42,217 bases of DNA from Callorhinchus milii. Lineage: Eukaryota. This document shows positions 1-12,861 of this stretch, piece by piece. Position numbers and translations under genes: made by a program. Below the pieces are notes generated by a model. That model saw only the letters and a list, made by a program, of their open reading frames with translations. It made no database searches and had not been told where the DNA came from. Each line of letters starts with the position of its first letter. Position 1 is the first letter of the stretch. Where the stretch lies: the NCBI RefSeq assembly GCF_018977255.1, contig NW_024705469.1, forward strand, positions 1-42,217, written 5' to 3'.

Positions 1-205
1 CAGCCAGGACCAGGACCCCACACATGAGCCCGAGTCTGCTCCCCCTTATATCCCCCAGGCGTGGCTAGGCCCCGCCTCCGGCACGCCTCTCGTGGAACCT
101 TCGAGCAGGTTCCCAAGATACACCTCCTTTTCTGATTGGTTGATGCTTAACTGTGCCCGTACCCGTGATTCCCTTTTCATCCAGCAGTGTCACCCTGTCA
201 CTACA
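1..205 (-). mobile_element. Probable partial LTR (5' end on minus strand), truncated by window edge
   Basis: Ends in ...GTCACTACA (minus strand starts TGTAGTGAC). Minus strand carries a TATA-like GGGATATAAG, a GC box and CCAAT, as in an LTR U3. Confidence 0.35.
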
Positions 206-219
206 CAAGCAATGCAATG

Positions 220-720
220 TTTAATTGCATGTCTATACAGGTGATTAACTGTGAGCAGCCAATAATAGGTACTGCATATCCTCTGCATACTGTTAGATTA
301 GCATAATCTACATGCATAATGTACTGTGAATAGCCCAACTAATGCTAGAGATCCACTTAAATTTAATATGAATACATGAACCCACCCCTCCCCTCTGGTC
401 TTCGCACCTGATTGGCTCAGTGATGACATCACATTTACCCCTCTATTTAAGACTGAAACAGGAGGAGGTTTCTCCACAACTCTGGCTGTCACCTGATGAA
501 GCTGGTTGTAATTACCGGTGAAACATCACAGTACTCAAATTGTAATGTTGTGGGCTACTCTCGAACACAACAATGTTTTTGAACTATTAACTAATTGGCA
601 TATTTTGGTTACGTGACAAATCTTACTTATTTGGCTGTGTCAGGTGGGGACGGTTTAACGACATTTATATTTACATAATTGAACCCAAAAATACCTCTAT
701 TATGGATTATACACTTCAGG
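220..720 (+). mobile_element. Penelope-like element 3' remnant (family A) with degenerate hammerhead motif
   Basis: Colinear with 21480-21965, which follows a GIY-YIG C-terminal remnant. Contains CTGATGA..GAAAC at about 493-524. Confidence 0.65.
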
Positions 721-1689
721 GTTAAAAGAAATATGTTTATCACCAAGTGCGATGTTAATGTGTAACAAAAGTAGATGAACACCGTTTTGTTGTAGTTAAA
801 GTGCAGCGATACAGGGTCGTGTTATTACGGAATAGCAGCTGCTCAGGATTGCATTCACAATATCAGCCAATCAGCGATCAGCCAGTTAGCATGGGCAATA
901 TAACAGCCAGTCAGGACTGGCCGATTAGATCAAATTTCATAACAATCTGATCGGACCCAACATGACCAGTCTACTTAAACCTGTTGTATAGCATTGTCAG
1001 TTTGTACCCATAATTGTAATAGTTACATTATTATATTTTTATTGTTTGATGATTTTTAATGGAGAAGCAATCTTTTTTGCAAAAAAGAATGAACTAAACG
1101 TACATAGCACAGCAATAAAAACCACCACGGGCTGACCACTCAGTGCCTCCCCTTTCTCAAATCCATTGGCATTTGATTCATGTGGCAGCTTCACATCAGT
1201 TGACATTATTACTGCGCTGTAACCTGCTCTTGATGGCGCAATTGTCACATTTACACCAGTGATTTACAGAGCGGCCACACTTTTCAAATTTTTGCCTGCA
1301 GCATACATCAACTGGTATTGATTAATGTTTGGGCGGTGTTATTAGTGGCAAGGGTTAAACAAAAAAATATAATTGAACTGTCCGAGCTGTTCTTTCCCAG
1401 CCAGGCTTGCAGAGAAATTAGGCCACTAAATATCTTACGCACTGCGCTATGAACCCACGCACACTAACTGGTCGCGGGAGACTTCCGTCCATGAGTGGAC
1501 CGACAAAGGGCTCCAAGGTTACACGTCACTCGAACGTTACGCTGACATGATTTTGGTGAGCAGTTTGCAGTGGCAGTGCAATGACCCGTCGAGGCGAACG
1601 GAGAATCGGTTCAAGGGGCCGCTTCAGGTGAGAGAAACCCCTACACGTATAGGCTTTTGCGACAAATATTTATAATATAAATATGTCGT

Positions 1690-1860
1690 TCCACCTGTAA
1701 ATGCTGAGGGTTTAGTCTCCAACACACCGGTGTGCTGAACTAGTAACTAATTGCACGTTTAATTTACGTGACAAACCTTAGTGATTGGCTGTGTCGGGTG
1801 GTGACGGGTTTAATGACACATTTACCTGATCTAACTCAACAAAAACCTTTATTACATTTC
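1690..1860 (+). repeat. Fragment of Penelope-like family A repeat
   Basis: CTCCAACACACCGGTGTG..AACTAGTAAC..GTGACAAACC block is shared with 21850-21920, 540-700 and the reverse copies. Confidence 0.6.
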
Positions 1861-2574
1861 CCAAAAAGAATCGATTCGTGTTCAAATTGTAACTGGTCAG
1901 GATTGATTTTTTTTTATTCTAATACTTTTCCTGGTGCGGTGCATCCTTGACACCTCTCATTTGTCGACTTAACGCGATTTTGTTGTTACCCGCATGGCGC
2001 GGACACACTGCACAAAACATCCTTCAGACAGCGTAAAAAAAAAAATTGGCACCCATTTGGAGTGTAGCCTTATGCCGTGTGCTCTCTGCTTTATGTGCAT
2101 GCAGCAGCGAAGATAGGAGGCAGCTTGCACCTCATGCAAGTTCATGGTGAAATCGTACCCCTGCAGACACCGGAATGTACACTTTGCAAGCTGGCACTGG
2201 TCCTTGCAGATACACACTGCACAGTACAGTGCAACTCTGGGAATGCAATGTCCCCCCTTTGCAGCAATGAATTCAGCAAGGCTGCGCTATTACACGGGGC
2301 TCGATACAGCACTGTGGAGCACTGGGCACCATGACAACATAAAATGAACGCTTGCCTGAAATGTTGCTAATGATTTCTGCAGATAGGTGGTGGGATGTCA
2401 TGTTTAGGCCAACACTAAACTATTGGCCGTTTTAATATCGTGCATGCGAAATCAGGGACCTGTTGTCTACTTTTTAGATAGCTTTGCTTCTGACGAGTTC
2501 TGGTAGAGTCAGCACAATGTTGGGAATTCGCTTGGCAATTGAAATACAATTTTTTGCGATGGACAAATTTCTGG

Positions 2575-2856
2575 GGTACCGCAATGGTGAGATATTAACT
2601 TCTTCACCTGGTATGCAGGAGTTCGTGGGTTCGATCCTGAACCTGACGCTGTGTATTTGGAGTTTGCATGTTCTCCCTGTGGTCCAGTGGATTTTTTCCG
2701 GGTCCTCTGGTTTTCCCCTCCACATTTAGAATCACCATGCGTTTAGAATATTTGGCTGCTATAAATTTGCATGTGATAAGTCACTTCGTTGAGCTATAAT
2801 TTGGCCAGGTCGCTTCTAAAAAAGCTACATATCTCAGGTAAAAAAAAAATAGTTTA
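2575..2856 (+). mobile_element. tRNA-derived SINE with V-SINE-like core
   Basis: B-box GGTTCGATCC, GGAGTTTGCATGTTCTCC core and A-rich end. Similar copies at about 13995-14263 and 35255-35537. Confidence 0.7.
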
Positions 2857-5129
2857 ATAGTTAATAGTAAAAGAAGCACATGCATTACCTATAGATCTTT
2901 TAAAGAATTGCACAAATGATTTCTGCCGCAAAATAATTTGGCGTAAACAAAGCAGTGGTGAGCGAGTGAGCGTCTTGCAACGGAAAGGTTTGCTAGTTAC
3001 AATTCCGGGTGAGGATTGACTCAGGCCATCATCTCTCCAGGGTCAATCAAATTAGTGCCACTTTGTGGGGAAGTCAACAATGGTTGCCTATGGTTATACT
3101 TCGCCCCTGCTGGAGTAATGTGGAATTTCCACTACTGGTAACAGAAGACGAACACCGTCACAGTGTTTATTTGAGCAAGGATATCAACTTGGATTTTTAT
3201 CAATGACATCGGACTTCAAAGCATTTTAATAAATAGATGTAGTTTTTTTTTGTTCCTCAAATTGTCTTCTAAACATGTGCTAATCCACACCATTGGCCTC
3301 CCGAATTTGTATAAGACGTGGTCTGCAGTTGCAAATGCTGGATTGGTGCGACAGCTAATTATTATGGACAGGCTGTAGCTGTCATGGCAATGAATTCACC
3401 GTTGGAGATGGCAGCCCGAAGGACATTTCTGTACGATTACTTTCCCCAATCTTGATTCAGTGGAGTTGACCCTCGGTTGAGTCCCTCCGCGTCTGATCTG
3501 ACCCTGCTATTGGTGCCCACTTCCTGCGTTTGAGATTGTTTAGAGACCCGGTCAAGGCAGCAGCAGGCACACAATTCACTCCGGGGCCTGATCTTTATAT
3601 CGGTGTGCAAAGTGTGCACAGCTGAAGCAATTATCTTCGGGTTGGTGCGGTGCCAATTGTCTGGGCACCTCTTTGCACATGATTGCCTATGGTGCGCTCG
3701 ACTATGCTAATGAGGCCAGACACAGCTGTGTGGCTCCAAACGTGGCTGCAGTGAGTGACATAAACATACAATAAATCACAATTGTAACTTTTAGGTCACT
3801 TATAACACAGTAAAAATAAATGTTTTTTTTAAAGAAGTGCATTAATTATATATCCACATTTACTACATTTACATTGGATGGTTTTTTTTTCTTCTCCAGA
3901 TTGCCAGTGGATGCAGTCATTATAGCCGTGACTTCTGCACAACTGTAGAAGCAGGTATTGCACAGCACCAGTGGTCCAAATTAGCCAAATACGAACGCTT
4001 ACCAGCAAATTATTTTAGTTGGAATGAGACATTGCAGTTGTTTCCTCCGACTGAATACTTGACGGGACCAATGACGGAGCCAGGATTTTCAGGTAGGTGG
4101 GCAACCCCTCCAGCAATGAAAAATGATTGAGGAGTTGTTAGTAAGTAAGGACTTGTCCTTGCTTTTTATTCGACGCGTGTGCGGCGATGGCACAGCCATC
4201 GATTGAGGGTCGAATTCGAACCGTGTGTGATCGGCATCGTGCTCGCTGAAGGTGTTTGCCTTCAGAGAAGTCGTGTACTGTATACGCAACTGTGCACAAT
4301 TCTGAGTCACTTATAACTGCTTTGCCGTTACTTATTGCCAATTATGGACTCAGACTACTGTCCTATCTTCTCATAGAGTCCCTGGCACGTAATAATATGC
4401 TACACAGTAGCAGTGGGGTCGCAAAATGCTGATTTATTACTAATAAACCCAAATGATCCGATCGAAATAGGGATTTCGATCGGTCATTTGGGGGGGGGGG
4501 GGGCACGTGCCAGTGGACAGGACCCTTTTGAAAATGAGTCATGAGACTCAGTGAAGCTTTTGCTTGATAAACAAGCGTAGTAGTAATCATATGTATCACG
4601 TGTGAACAGTGGACTTTTACACATTCAAACTGATTAGACCCCGTATGAAAAATAAGAATAGGCTTCACCCTTTCCGGCAATAAAACAGGAGGTGTCAAGA
4701 TGTTCAAACACCAAATAGATACCTTTTGCAAGGCATTAAGTCTGCATTAACCACACATACTTGTGACAAAACATGCAAACAAACATGCTCTGATAATAAT
4801 ATATGCATTGTCTTAGAAATGGATTGACCTACACCAGAGACAGCCTTCTTTATGGCCTAGTCTATTCTTATGTTATTGTTTTTCATACTTTGATACTGGC
4901 AAAAAGGTCCCATTATTAGACCTTGTTTTAATTTTTTCAACAATATTTACCAATACAGTAAAATGAGGTTGTTTTTTTTGAGTGAATTACTTTAATGCTG
5001 AAAAATTCAACTTGACTCAAAAGGACAGTATTTCAACAAATGCGTTTGACATTATCGGCCAAGGTCAAGACGTCATTCTCGCTAAAGTTTTGGTTTTAGG
5101 GTACCAAAACAGGGCCATCACCTCCTGAT

Positions 5130-5330
5130 AGATCCTAGAGCAGTTGCAAAAGTTTGTGCCTGATCGCCGCTCTTACAGCACGCCATCATCTTGCTGGAGA
5201 TCATTCTGGTCGCTGACCCTGTGAGCGTCGCCACAATAAATCCACAGGCGTCCGTCGTTAAAAAGGCCATAAGTGTCTTTTCCAGTCGCTTTACTCTAGC
5301 CCGGCTCTCTGACCCGTGCAGTAACACAGA
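5130..5330 (-). pseudogene. Possible RTE-type LINE ORF fragment
   Basis: SVLLHGSES..KRLEKTLMAF resembles the RTE post-RT motif SVLLYGSETW..LDAF. Confidence 0.35.
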
Positions 5331-6934
5331 AAGAAAAAACACACTTGGTTCAATCACCCATTTTACTTTTTAAGCACTAAAGTTAACTGGTACACTCATA
5401 AAGCAGTTAACTTAGTCTATTAAAAACCCACCCTGATGCCACAATACGTCTCTTTGCCCCGTTCTCATAACCCAGCAGTGTTACACAAATTACTATGTGT
5501 AAACCAAGACAAAGACCCCCGCGTATATCGCCTGAACAGACTGTTGGGGCAAGTGCTAGTCGCGAGCACCTATGAAAGCCGGGACAGCACACGAGGTGGG
5601 TGGCCAGCCCCACGCACGACCACCTTTGTCTCCCCAGTGGCGATGATTACTACACACCTCAACCAGGTACTCATTTGAGGTTAAGTCAGTCTAAGGGAGG
5701 CCCTGTATACGACAAGCCCTCTACCACCTACACGTGTTCACTTTATACTGCCGTCAGCGATAGAGGAATAACGACCCTGTCAGTAGCCCTTGCCTACAAT
5801 CTACAATTCCTCAAAGGTAGCTTAATTCTGCTTCAGTGAAAAGATTAAATTGAACATGCGTGAGGCGGGTGTGAGAAATGCCAAGGGAGTACTGAGGAAC
5901 GCGGAAGGCTTGAGAGGTTGACCAAGAAGGCTTAGAGAAAAACCAAATGGAAATTCACTGCACGCTTCTGAAATAAAATTGCTCAATCTAAACTAAGTTG
6001 TGTGTACCTAATTTTTCTATACCGTATATTTTTCTCCCTTGTATTCTGTATGCCGTATATGCAGTGTGGCATCCATAATGAGCAAGGTTGCAGCAAGTGT
6101 GTATAATATTTTGAGAGGGGAAACAAAGAAACAAGTAGAAATGTGAACCTTTGTCAAAGCAAACTGTGGGCTGTTTGTATTTTTCATATTGGTAACGCAA
6201 CAAAAGTAGACATTTTTATATATAAAAAGACTGTTTACTAACATTTTCATTGAGATCAAGGTCTCTCTGTGTCTCCATCTCTTGTTTGCTTTGGGATGAA
6301 AAATATTTGGGGTACACAAACCCTGTAAAAAATAACAATCACGCAAGCACAGGGAGAGGGATGTCGGCATGTGTCCAAAGCCTCGAAGCTGAGCCATTCT
6401 CTCTGATATGGGGGACCTTATAACACCCCGTGGAGTCCGCACAATAATCCCGCTCAACGTCTGTGGCAGTAATATACTAGTGATCCACGATAACATTTCA
6501 ACCCTCTATTATAGTTAAACACATGGGTTTGAGTCATAATTGTGTCGTGTGACAAATATCACACGATAGCTCATGATAAGTTGAAGAATCATTCTCACAA
6601 CCAGATACAGTTTAGTATATATTATTGTAACTCTTTACTCTCACAAATGTATAATTTGTATGTGTTATTATATATTGACGGCACTCCACTGTTTAAGGCT
6701 GTGGCTAATTAGGATGTATTGATAGGTAATGTTTCGTTATATGCCTATATCCTGATAAACAACGAGGAATTAATTAAGTGCTTAATTGTTATGTGTCAAC
6801 GTGTGCTACATCGACCTGTGCTCAGTGGAGTTTGCACTTTTGAATTAACAAAATGTGGACAAATGACGAACAAAAGTGTCATGCTTCAGAGTCTTATATC
6901 CCGGCAAAATCAGAGTTCGGGACAATGCCGCCAA

Positions 6935-7062
6935 ATCTGTTGGACATTAAAAACGACTGACGGAGATAAGATATTGACACTCTAAATGCATTGCGACAGA
7001 AGCAAATACTGCATCTAAGCTGGACCCAAAGAGTGACCAACGTAGAAGAAAAAGGGTGCATA
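6935..7062 (+). pseudogene. RTE-type LINE fragment (left part, split by the Gypsy insertion)
   Basis: WTLKTTDGDKILTL and ILHLSWTQRVTNVE match the RTE C-terminal pattern. The sequence continues at 13332. Confidence 0.65.
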
Positions 7063-7527
7063 TTTAATAAAGGACTCTTTCTCAGTGTCGATCTCCGTAG
7101 TCCTTTATTTGGGTTCGTAGAATCTCACTCACACGGCGTCCTCGCTCAGGCCCGCTTCTCCTCCGACGTTCACTCCACAGCCACTCTGCTGCTCCGTTCT
7201 GCAGCCTCACTGCTGTCCCGCCCTGCAGCCCCACTGCTGCTCCGCTCTGCAGCCTCACTACTGCTCCGCTCTGCAGCTAGCCTTCCACAGCCCGCTAGCC
7301 CTTTGCGTCCTGACACCGATGGCTGACGGTGCCGACGTCTCCCGATGCGTGGCGATCAGCCACTCTCCCCGTACTGCCCAGCGTCGCCTCCTCCCGTTTC
7401 ACTCCGTCTCAACTCCCTGAACCCCTTCCGGTTCTCCCCCTAAATCCTCTCCCCCACGTGACCCTAACTCCTCCCTCTCCTCACGTGACCCAGACTCCGC
7501 CCCCCCTCAATCCTTGCTCGCATTACA
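7063..7527 (-). repeat. 3' LTR of Gypsy element
   Basis: Direct repeat of 12862-13327 with about ten differences by eye. Ends ..CATTACA; the plus-strand start reads TT instead of TG. Contains internal ~24-bp CTGCTCCGCTCTGCAGC repeats. Confidence 0.95.
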
Positions 7528-7544
7528 CGACCCCCCCCCCCTGA
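7528..7544 (-). promoter_or_regulatory. Polypurine tract of Gypsy element
   Basis: Run of 11 G on the minus strand just upstream of the 3' LTR. Confidence 0.8.
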
Positions 7545-8039
7545 TGAAAACCCAGCCGTCCCCGGCTGCAATAAATATGATAAAATAATGCGAGCAACAT
7601 TTTAACCATCTGGCATCACTGGACAACGGAGAATATAACAACGATAACAAGAACAACAAGAACAAGAACACAATCAACGAAAGGAAAGGGATTTGGAACG
7701 CGTGCGGGTCGCCGGCCCATCCTGAACGGGCGGTGGCCCCCCACAGACCGAGAACGCGATGGGGTTTTAAGAGCGACGGGATTAGAACCGCCCGCCGCTG
7801 TTGGAGGCCCGTCAACGCAAAGGTCCTGTTCCCCAGAGAGACCCAAGTCCGGGGTCTCCCACAACCGTGTCTGTGGTGGGGTTGGAGGGGCAGCGGGGTC
7901 AAGTGTCCCCGTCGCTGTGGTAGGCCACCCAGAGCAGGATTCACCGCATCCGCCTGCGTCACGGCTGGTTCGTCTGTAGAAGGCACGACAGGCGCGCTTG
8001 CAGGGTCAACAGGCAAGGCAACATCAGAAGATGACGCAT

Positions 8040-11000
8040 CCGTCCGCGGGGCCACGTAGGGCTTCAACCGAGACTTATGGACGTACCAGCGCCGCGATCC
8101 GAACCGAACCCACGCGGACTGCGGGTTAGGGACCTCAATAAGCTTAACCGGCCCTTGCCATGGTTTATGAAGCTTAGGGGTGGTCCCCGGCCGCACCTGT
8201 GGGCAGTGCAGCCAGGCCATGTCCCCCACTCGCCAGGGGCATTACCTGTCGAGCAACGTTCGTTTCGCGCCTGAGTCTTGGCAGTAGCCAATCGGGCCCC
8301 CTCCCGTGCCTCGGTGACGCGTCGAACAGTGTCTTGAATGTGTTCGGGGAGAGGCTTAACAGGACCCTTCACCCCCGTACCCAGCTGTACGTCCACCGGC
8401 GGCACATTCTCGCGGCCGTACATTAGAAAAAATGGAAAATACCCTGTGGACGCATGAGGCGTCATCCGATACGCGGAGAGTACCCCAGGTATGTGCAAAT
8501 CCCAATCAGCTTGTTTCTCGTTAACCGTGTGACATAGCATGGTCGACAGCGTCCAGTTAAGTCGTTCCACCATGCCATCCGTCTGCGGGTGGTAGGGAGA
8601 CGTACGAACCTTCTTGGTTCCCAGAGCAGCGCACACTTCCGCCAACAATTTAGAAGAAAAATTTCGCACCTGATCCGTGAGTAGCCTTTCCGGCGCCCCT
8701 TTATCCAGTACATATCCAAACAGGAAGGCGTCCGTGATAGACGCCGCCGACTGGTCGGGTAAGGGCCAAGCCATCGGCCAGCGGGAAAGATATTCCACCC
8801 CGACCAGCAAAAATGTATTGCCCCTAGCGGATGGCGGGAAGGGTCCCAAAATATCCAACGCCACCAACTCGTTGATCCGAGACACCTGTATAGACTGCAC
8901 CGGCGGCACATATGGGTTTTTAGGCGGCTTCCGCCGGGCACACTCGGGACACGCCCGAATGTGTCCGACGACATCCGTCGTCATGCCGTGCCAGAAGTAG
9001 TCTCGCTGCAATGTTAACAAAGTTTTCTGCACCCCGAGATGTAATAAAGTGTCGCAGTGCAGAGTCCGAATCAATTCGTACCGTAACGACAATGGTACCA
9101 CTAGACGCCAGCGGTCATGCAACCCCTGCCTCCACATGAGCAACCCATCCCGGAGAACGGCCCCCGGCGTCCCACCGGACAGCAGTCCCCCCGCTCCCTT
9201 CGCAGCCCGACTCCGTAAAGCCCCCAACGAGTCATCAAGCAATTGCTCGCGAATCCATACCGAGCGCGGCAGGTTCAGAACCCCATTGGCCGGTCCTGGG
9301 CACACCGGAGCCCAGGCACCTCGACAGCTGACACGACAGGCCGAGGGGGTAGCTGAACCGGCGTACACCTATTCGTACCCAACGCGCAAGCGCAAGGGGA
9401 CCCCTGCGGTAATCTGGAGAGCGCGTCCGCGTTCGCGTGACGCGACCCCTTCCGATATTGAATGTCGAAGGAAAATTCCTGCAGGGTCTCCAACCATCGT
9501 GCCAGTTGGCCAGATGGTTGGTCAACTCTCAGGGCATTTTGCAGAGCCGCATGGTCCGTGCGCACAATAAACGAACGGCCGTATAGATACGGCCGATATT
9601 GGCGGAGAAAATAGACAATAGCCAATAGTTCGCGGCGAGTAACGCAGTAGCGGGTTTCTGCCGGGGACAGCACGCGGCTACCGTAGGCTACCACGCGTTC
9701 CACGCCGCCCTTGGACTGTGACAGAACGGCCCCGATCCGGTGTCACTAGCGTCCGTATCCAGAATAAAAGGTCGATCAAAATCCGGATAGTCCAATGTCG
9801 GCGCCGTCGCCAACCGATCGCGTAGGCCCTCAAACGCCGCTTCCTCCGGCGGTCCCCAACTGAACCTCCGACCCTTCCCGTAAGGAGGTGCAAGGGCCTA
9901 GCGATCATAGCAAAGTTCGGAACGAACCTGCGATAATATGAGGCGAACCCGAGGAAGTGACGTACGTCCCCTACTGAGGCCGGGGTTGGCCAGTTGCGAA
10001 CGCACGCCGTCTTGTCTGGGTCCGTGGCCACCCCGTCCACACTGACTATGTGTCCCAAATAACGCACGGATCGTTGCAGTAGGTGACACTTTTTGGGTTT
10101 AAATTTTAGATTGGCGGAGCGCATCCTAGCAAACACCGTCTCCAATCACTGTAAATGTTCGTCAAATGTGCGGCTAAAGACGATGACATCGTCTAAATAA
10201 ATCAAACATGTCTCCCACTGCAGACCCGTTAACACCAGCTCCATCAACCGCTGAAAAGTGGTGGGGGCCGCATTTAAGCCCATTCGAAGGCAATTAAACT
10301 GAAATAAGCCCTGCGGCGTACGGAAAACTGTCTTTTCCCTCGAGGAATCATCCAGGGGAAGCTGCCAGAATCCCGAGGAGAGATCAAGCGTTGAAAAAAA
10401 CTTCGCTCCGGACAAGGCATCGAGGGAATCATCCATACGCGGCAGGGGTACGCGTCTGCCACGGACACCTTGTTTAATTTTCGAAAATCGACGCAAAATC
10501 GCAGTTTCCCATCCTTCTTCTTCACAAAGACTACCGGCGCGCCCCATGGACTGTTAGACGGGGATATTATGTCAGTGGCCAGCATGTCCTCCACTGCACC
10601 GCGAACCTGATCCCGCTTCGTTGGGCTCAACCGATGCGAGTTCAACCAAATCGGAGCGGCGTCCCACATATCAATGTGGTGGGAAAGCAAGGATGTGCGA
10701 TCCAAGTCAAAATCATCCGAGCTGAACACGTCGGAATAGCTTAGCAACAGCGCGCGAAGTGCGGACCGTTGTTCTCCGGTCAGGGATGAATTCTCCCCGC
10801 ACAACTCGGCAACCCATCGATCATCCTGCCCCGTTGGCCCCGAAACCCCCCCTACCATGTCCCGGCGGCCCCGGTCGTCATGGGCCGTGAACGCGGTCGT
10901 GGCGTGAGCCAAAACCGTTCCGGAGGCTGGCCCGGCCAGACAATCGTTTGTGCCCCAACTAGCGCCGAACCGCCCGTTATAGCCGTGGACGGTGATAACA

Positions 11001-11110
11001 AAACCCCCGCCGCTCCCTCAATCCAGGCACTGGTTTCCGATATCTCAACAGGATAAGCATCTGCGAACCAGGTGGAATGTCAACAGATACCTCGGACAGC
11101 GCCTGCACCT
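8040..11110 (-). pseudogene. pol: Gypsy pol (RT, RNase H, integrase), frameshifted
   Basis: RT motifs [22 protein letters not shown] and YLDD. RNase H VVAYGSR/RRELLA/TDH. Integrase HHCC plus LDILGP, TDQ and MVER, and GPY/F-like PWQGP. Split across several frames. Confidence 0.93.
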
Positions 11111-11307
11111 GGCAAACAGGGGCAGACCGGCCCCAGGGCGACGGCAAGAACGAAATTTTCCGAACCCCCAGTAATTCACCCCCTCTGTCCCGACGCTCCC
11201 GTGTCGGCGGCCCGGACCTCAGCCCCGTTCCCCCCCGAGCAGGCCACTGGGCGGAGGCGGCCGTCAACTCCTGCGGACCCTTGTCATCAGGAACGTAGAC
11301 CGCCTTC

Positions 11308-12761
11308 TTAGGATCCCACCCATAGCACCGCCTTCAACGATGGGGCCCTCCGTCCAAGCTGACACCTGTTTCCAGCGTCGGAGGTTAAATTGAGCATCCA
11401 AGCACTTAGCTGCAGCCCGGGACGTCAACTTATTGTAATAACAGCCATAGAGGGTTCACGTGGGGATTGGCTTGCCGGTCCTGCTTTGTAGCCAATAAGG
11501 GTTGAGATAGGGAGCGTGGGCCCGGCGTGATCACGGCATGTCATCAGGAGTGATTGGCCTAGCCATTCGGGGCCCCAGCTAAAGGGGATCCGGATGAGAG
11601 ACGTGGTCCCGGGAGTGACAGGGAACCATCGAGAATGGTCGAGGCTGTCCATGGAGGATTGGCTGGGGGACCATGTGACGAAGGGATTAAGAGAGAGTGA
11701 GAGAGAACGATCGAGAGCAGACTGGGAAACAAACAGAGCGAGAGCCACGCGCGTACGGGGCTCTGGGTGCCACGTGCGCGGTGGGAACTGGTGTGAAGTC
11801 TGCCTGCTCTCTGTTGTCTGCCAGCAACGGAGTGTGTGTGAGTAAAGTGTATCGTGGAGGTGAAAATAAAGAGGACCGATTCCGAAGCCGTCTCCGAGGG
11901 ATTATTACATTATCATGGCTGCACACCGGCATGGGGATCCCCAAGTCTCTAGACAATTCCAGCATCTTGCCCAACACGAGAGGTTCCAACAAATCCGGCT
12001 CCGTCTCGGGATATGTGGCCATCGCCAGTTCTAAAACGGCGCCCCGGAATGCCACCGGCGATTTTTCGGGCGCCTGTTGCCACTGTACAAATCTACGATG
12101 GGCATCATCTGGAGGCTCATACGCATCCGCCATTTCCTCGAAGACACCCTGCAGCGTCTTCTTCTTGTCGGCCTTGATGAAGCGGAAGAACTTGACGGAC
12201 TCGTCGTCGAGAAGTGTTGGTAGGGCCTCCGCGCCCGTCCATTTGGCGGATCGTATAGCCGCTTGAAATCGGCAGGCGAACGAGCTCCAATCGCCTCCGA
12301 TGGAGAACTCTTTAACAGTTGTTAAATGATGGCTGCGGGTCCTTGCTCCGCCGTCCTCCGTTGATGGTGGCTCGTGCGGCAGCGACAAGATGGCGTCACT
12401 CCGCAACGTGTTCAAGATGGCGGCTCCCCGCAGTGGAGAGTGCAAGATGGCGGCTTCCCGCCGTTCCTCCGCGGCCACGCCCAAGATGGCGTCCTCGTGC
12501 CGCGTGGTGGAGAGGGCTGACGGCGACGGCAAGACCCGGCCCGCTGTTCCCCGCTGGACCTCCCGAAGTCGTCGCCGGCGTCACAAGGTCGCACAACTGC
12601 GCCAACACCGTCTTCAGTGCCTCCAGTTGGGCCGCCACCTGTCGCCATCCTTCATCAGCGTCCACTCGCGCGGATGGACCCACCGAAGCGGCAACGTCCT
12701 GCACGCCCGGACCGTCGCTCGTACCAGCGTCGCTTCCCCCCTTCATCGTCGGTGGCTCCAC
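11308..12761 (-). pseudogene. gag: Gypsy gag, frameshifted and interrupted by a solo LTR
   Basis: ATG shortly downstream of the PBS. EFSIGGDWSSF..F..Q.PEKSPVAF..LA gag-like motifs. Frame resumes after removing 11434-11909 plus one TSD copy. Confidence 0.75.
11434..11909 (+). mobile_element. Nested solo LTR of a different LTR family
   Basis: Termini TGTAATAA...TTATTACA, perfect TSD TTAT (11430-11433 and 11910-11913), plus-strand AATAAA near 11865. Confidence 0.9.
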
Positions 12762-12846
12762 CGCTGGAGGGAGGTCGTCGTCAGAAGATGCTGCAGAAGA
12801 TGGTGCAGGGACGTTCTTTCTTCTGAGCTGTTTTGACGTGCCGTTT

Positions 12847-12860
12847 CACTTCTGACACCA
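12847..12860 (-). promoter_or_regulatory. Primer binding site, tRNA-Leu type
   Basis: Minus strand TGGTGTCAGAAGTG lies 1 nt after the 5' LTR and is complementary to the 3' end of tRNA-Leu (..CACTTCTGACACCA). Confidence 0.85.
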
Positions 12861-12861
12861 T

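Noticed and set aside
1969..2347. Cys-rich short ORFs as host exons (also 20471-20710, 33057-33365, 41849-42046)
   Set aside because: No recognisable protein motif or consistent splice framework could be supported from sequence alone.
2590..2645. tRNA gene
   Set aside because: Only a degenerate tRNA-like head continuing into a SINE body; no full cloverleaf evident.
7507..8229. env-like gene suggested by a hydrophobic C-terminal stretch
   Set aside because: The N-terminal part is the frameshifted integrase tail. The hydrophobic run comes from a low-complexity (TTG/TTC) tract near the PPT, with no signal peptide or ectodomain.
8677..9570. Plus-strand ORFs overlapping Gypsy pol (and similar ones over BEL pol)
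   Set aside because: They are antisense shadows of GC-rich coding sequence with no independent evidence.
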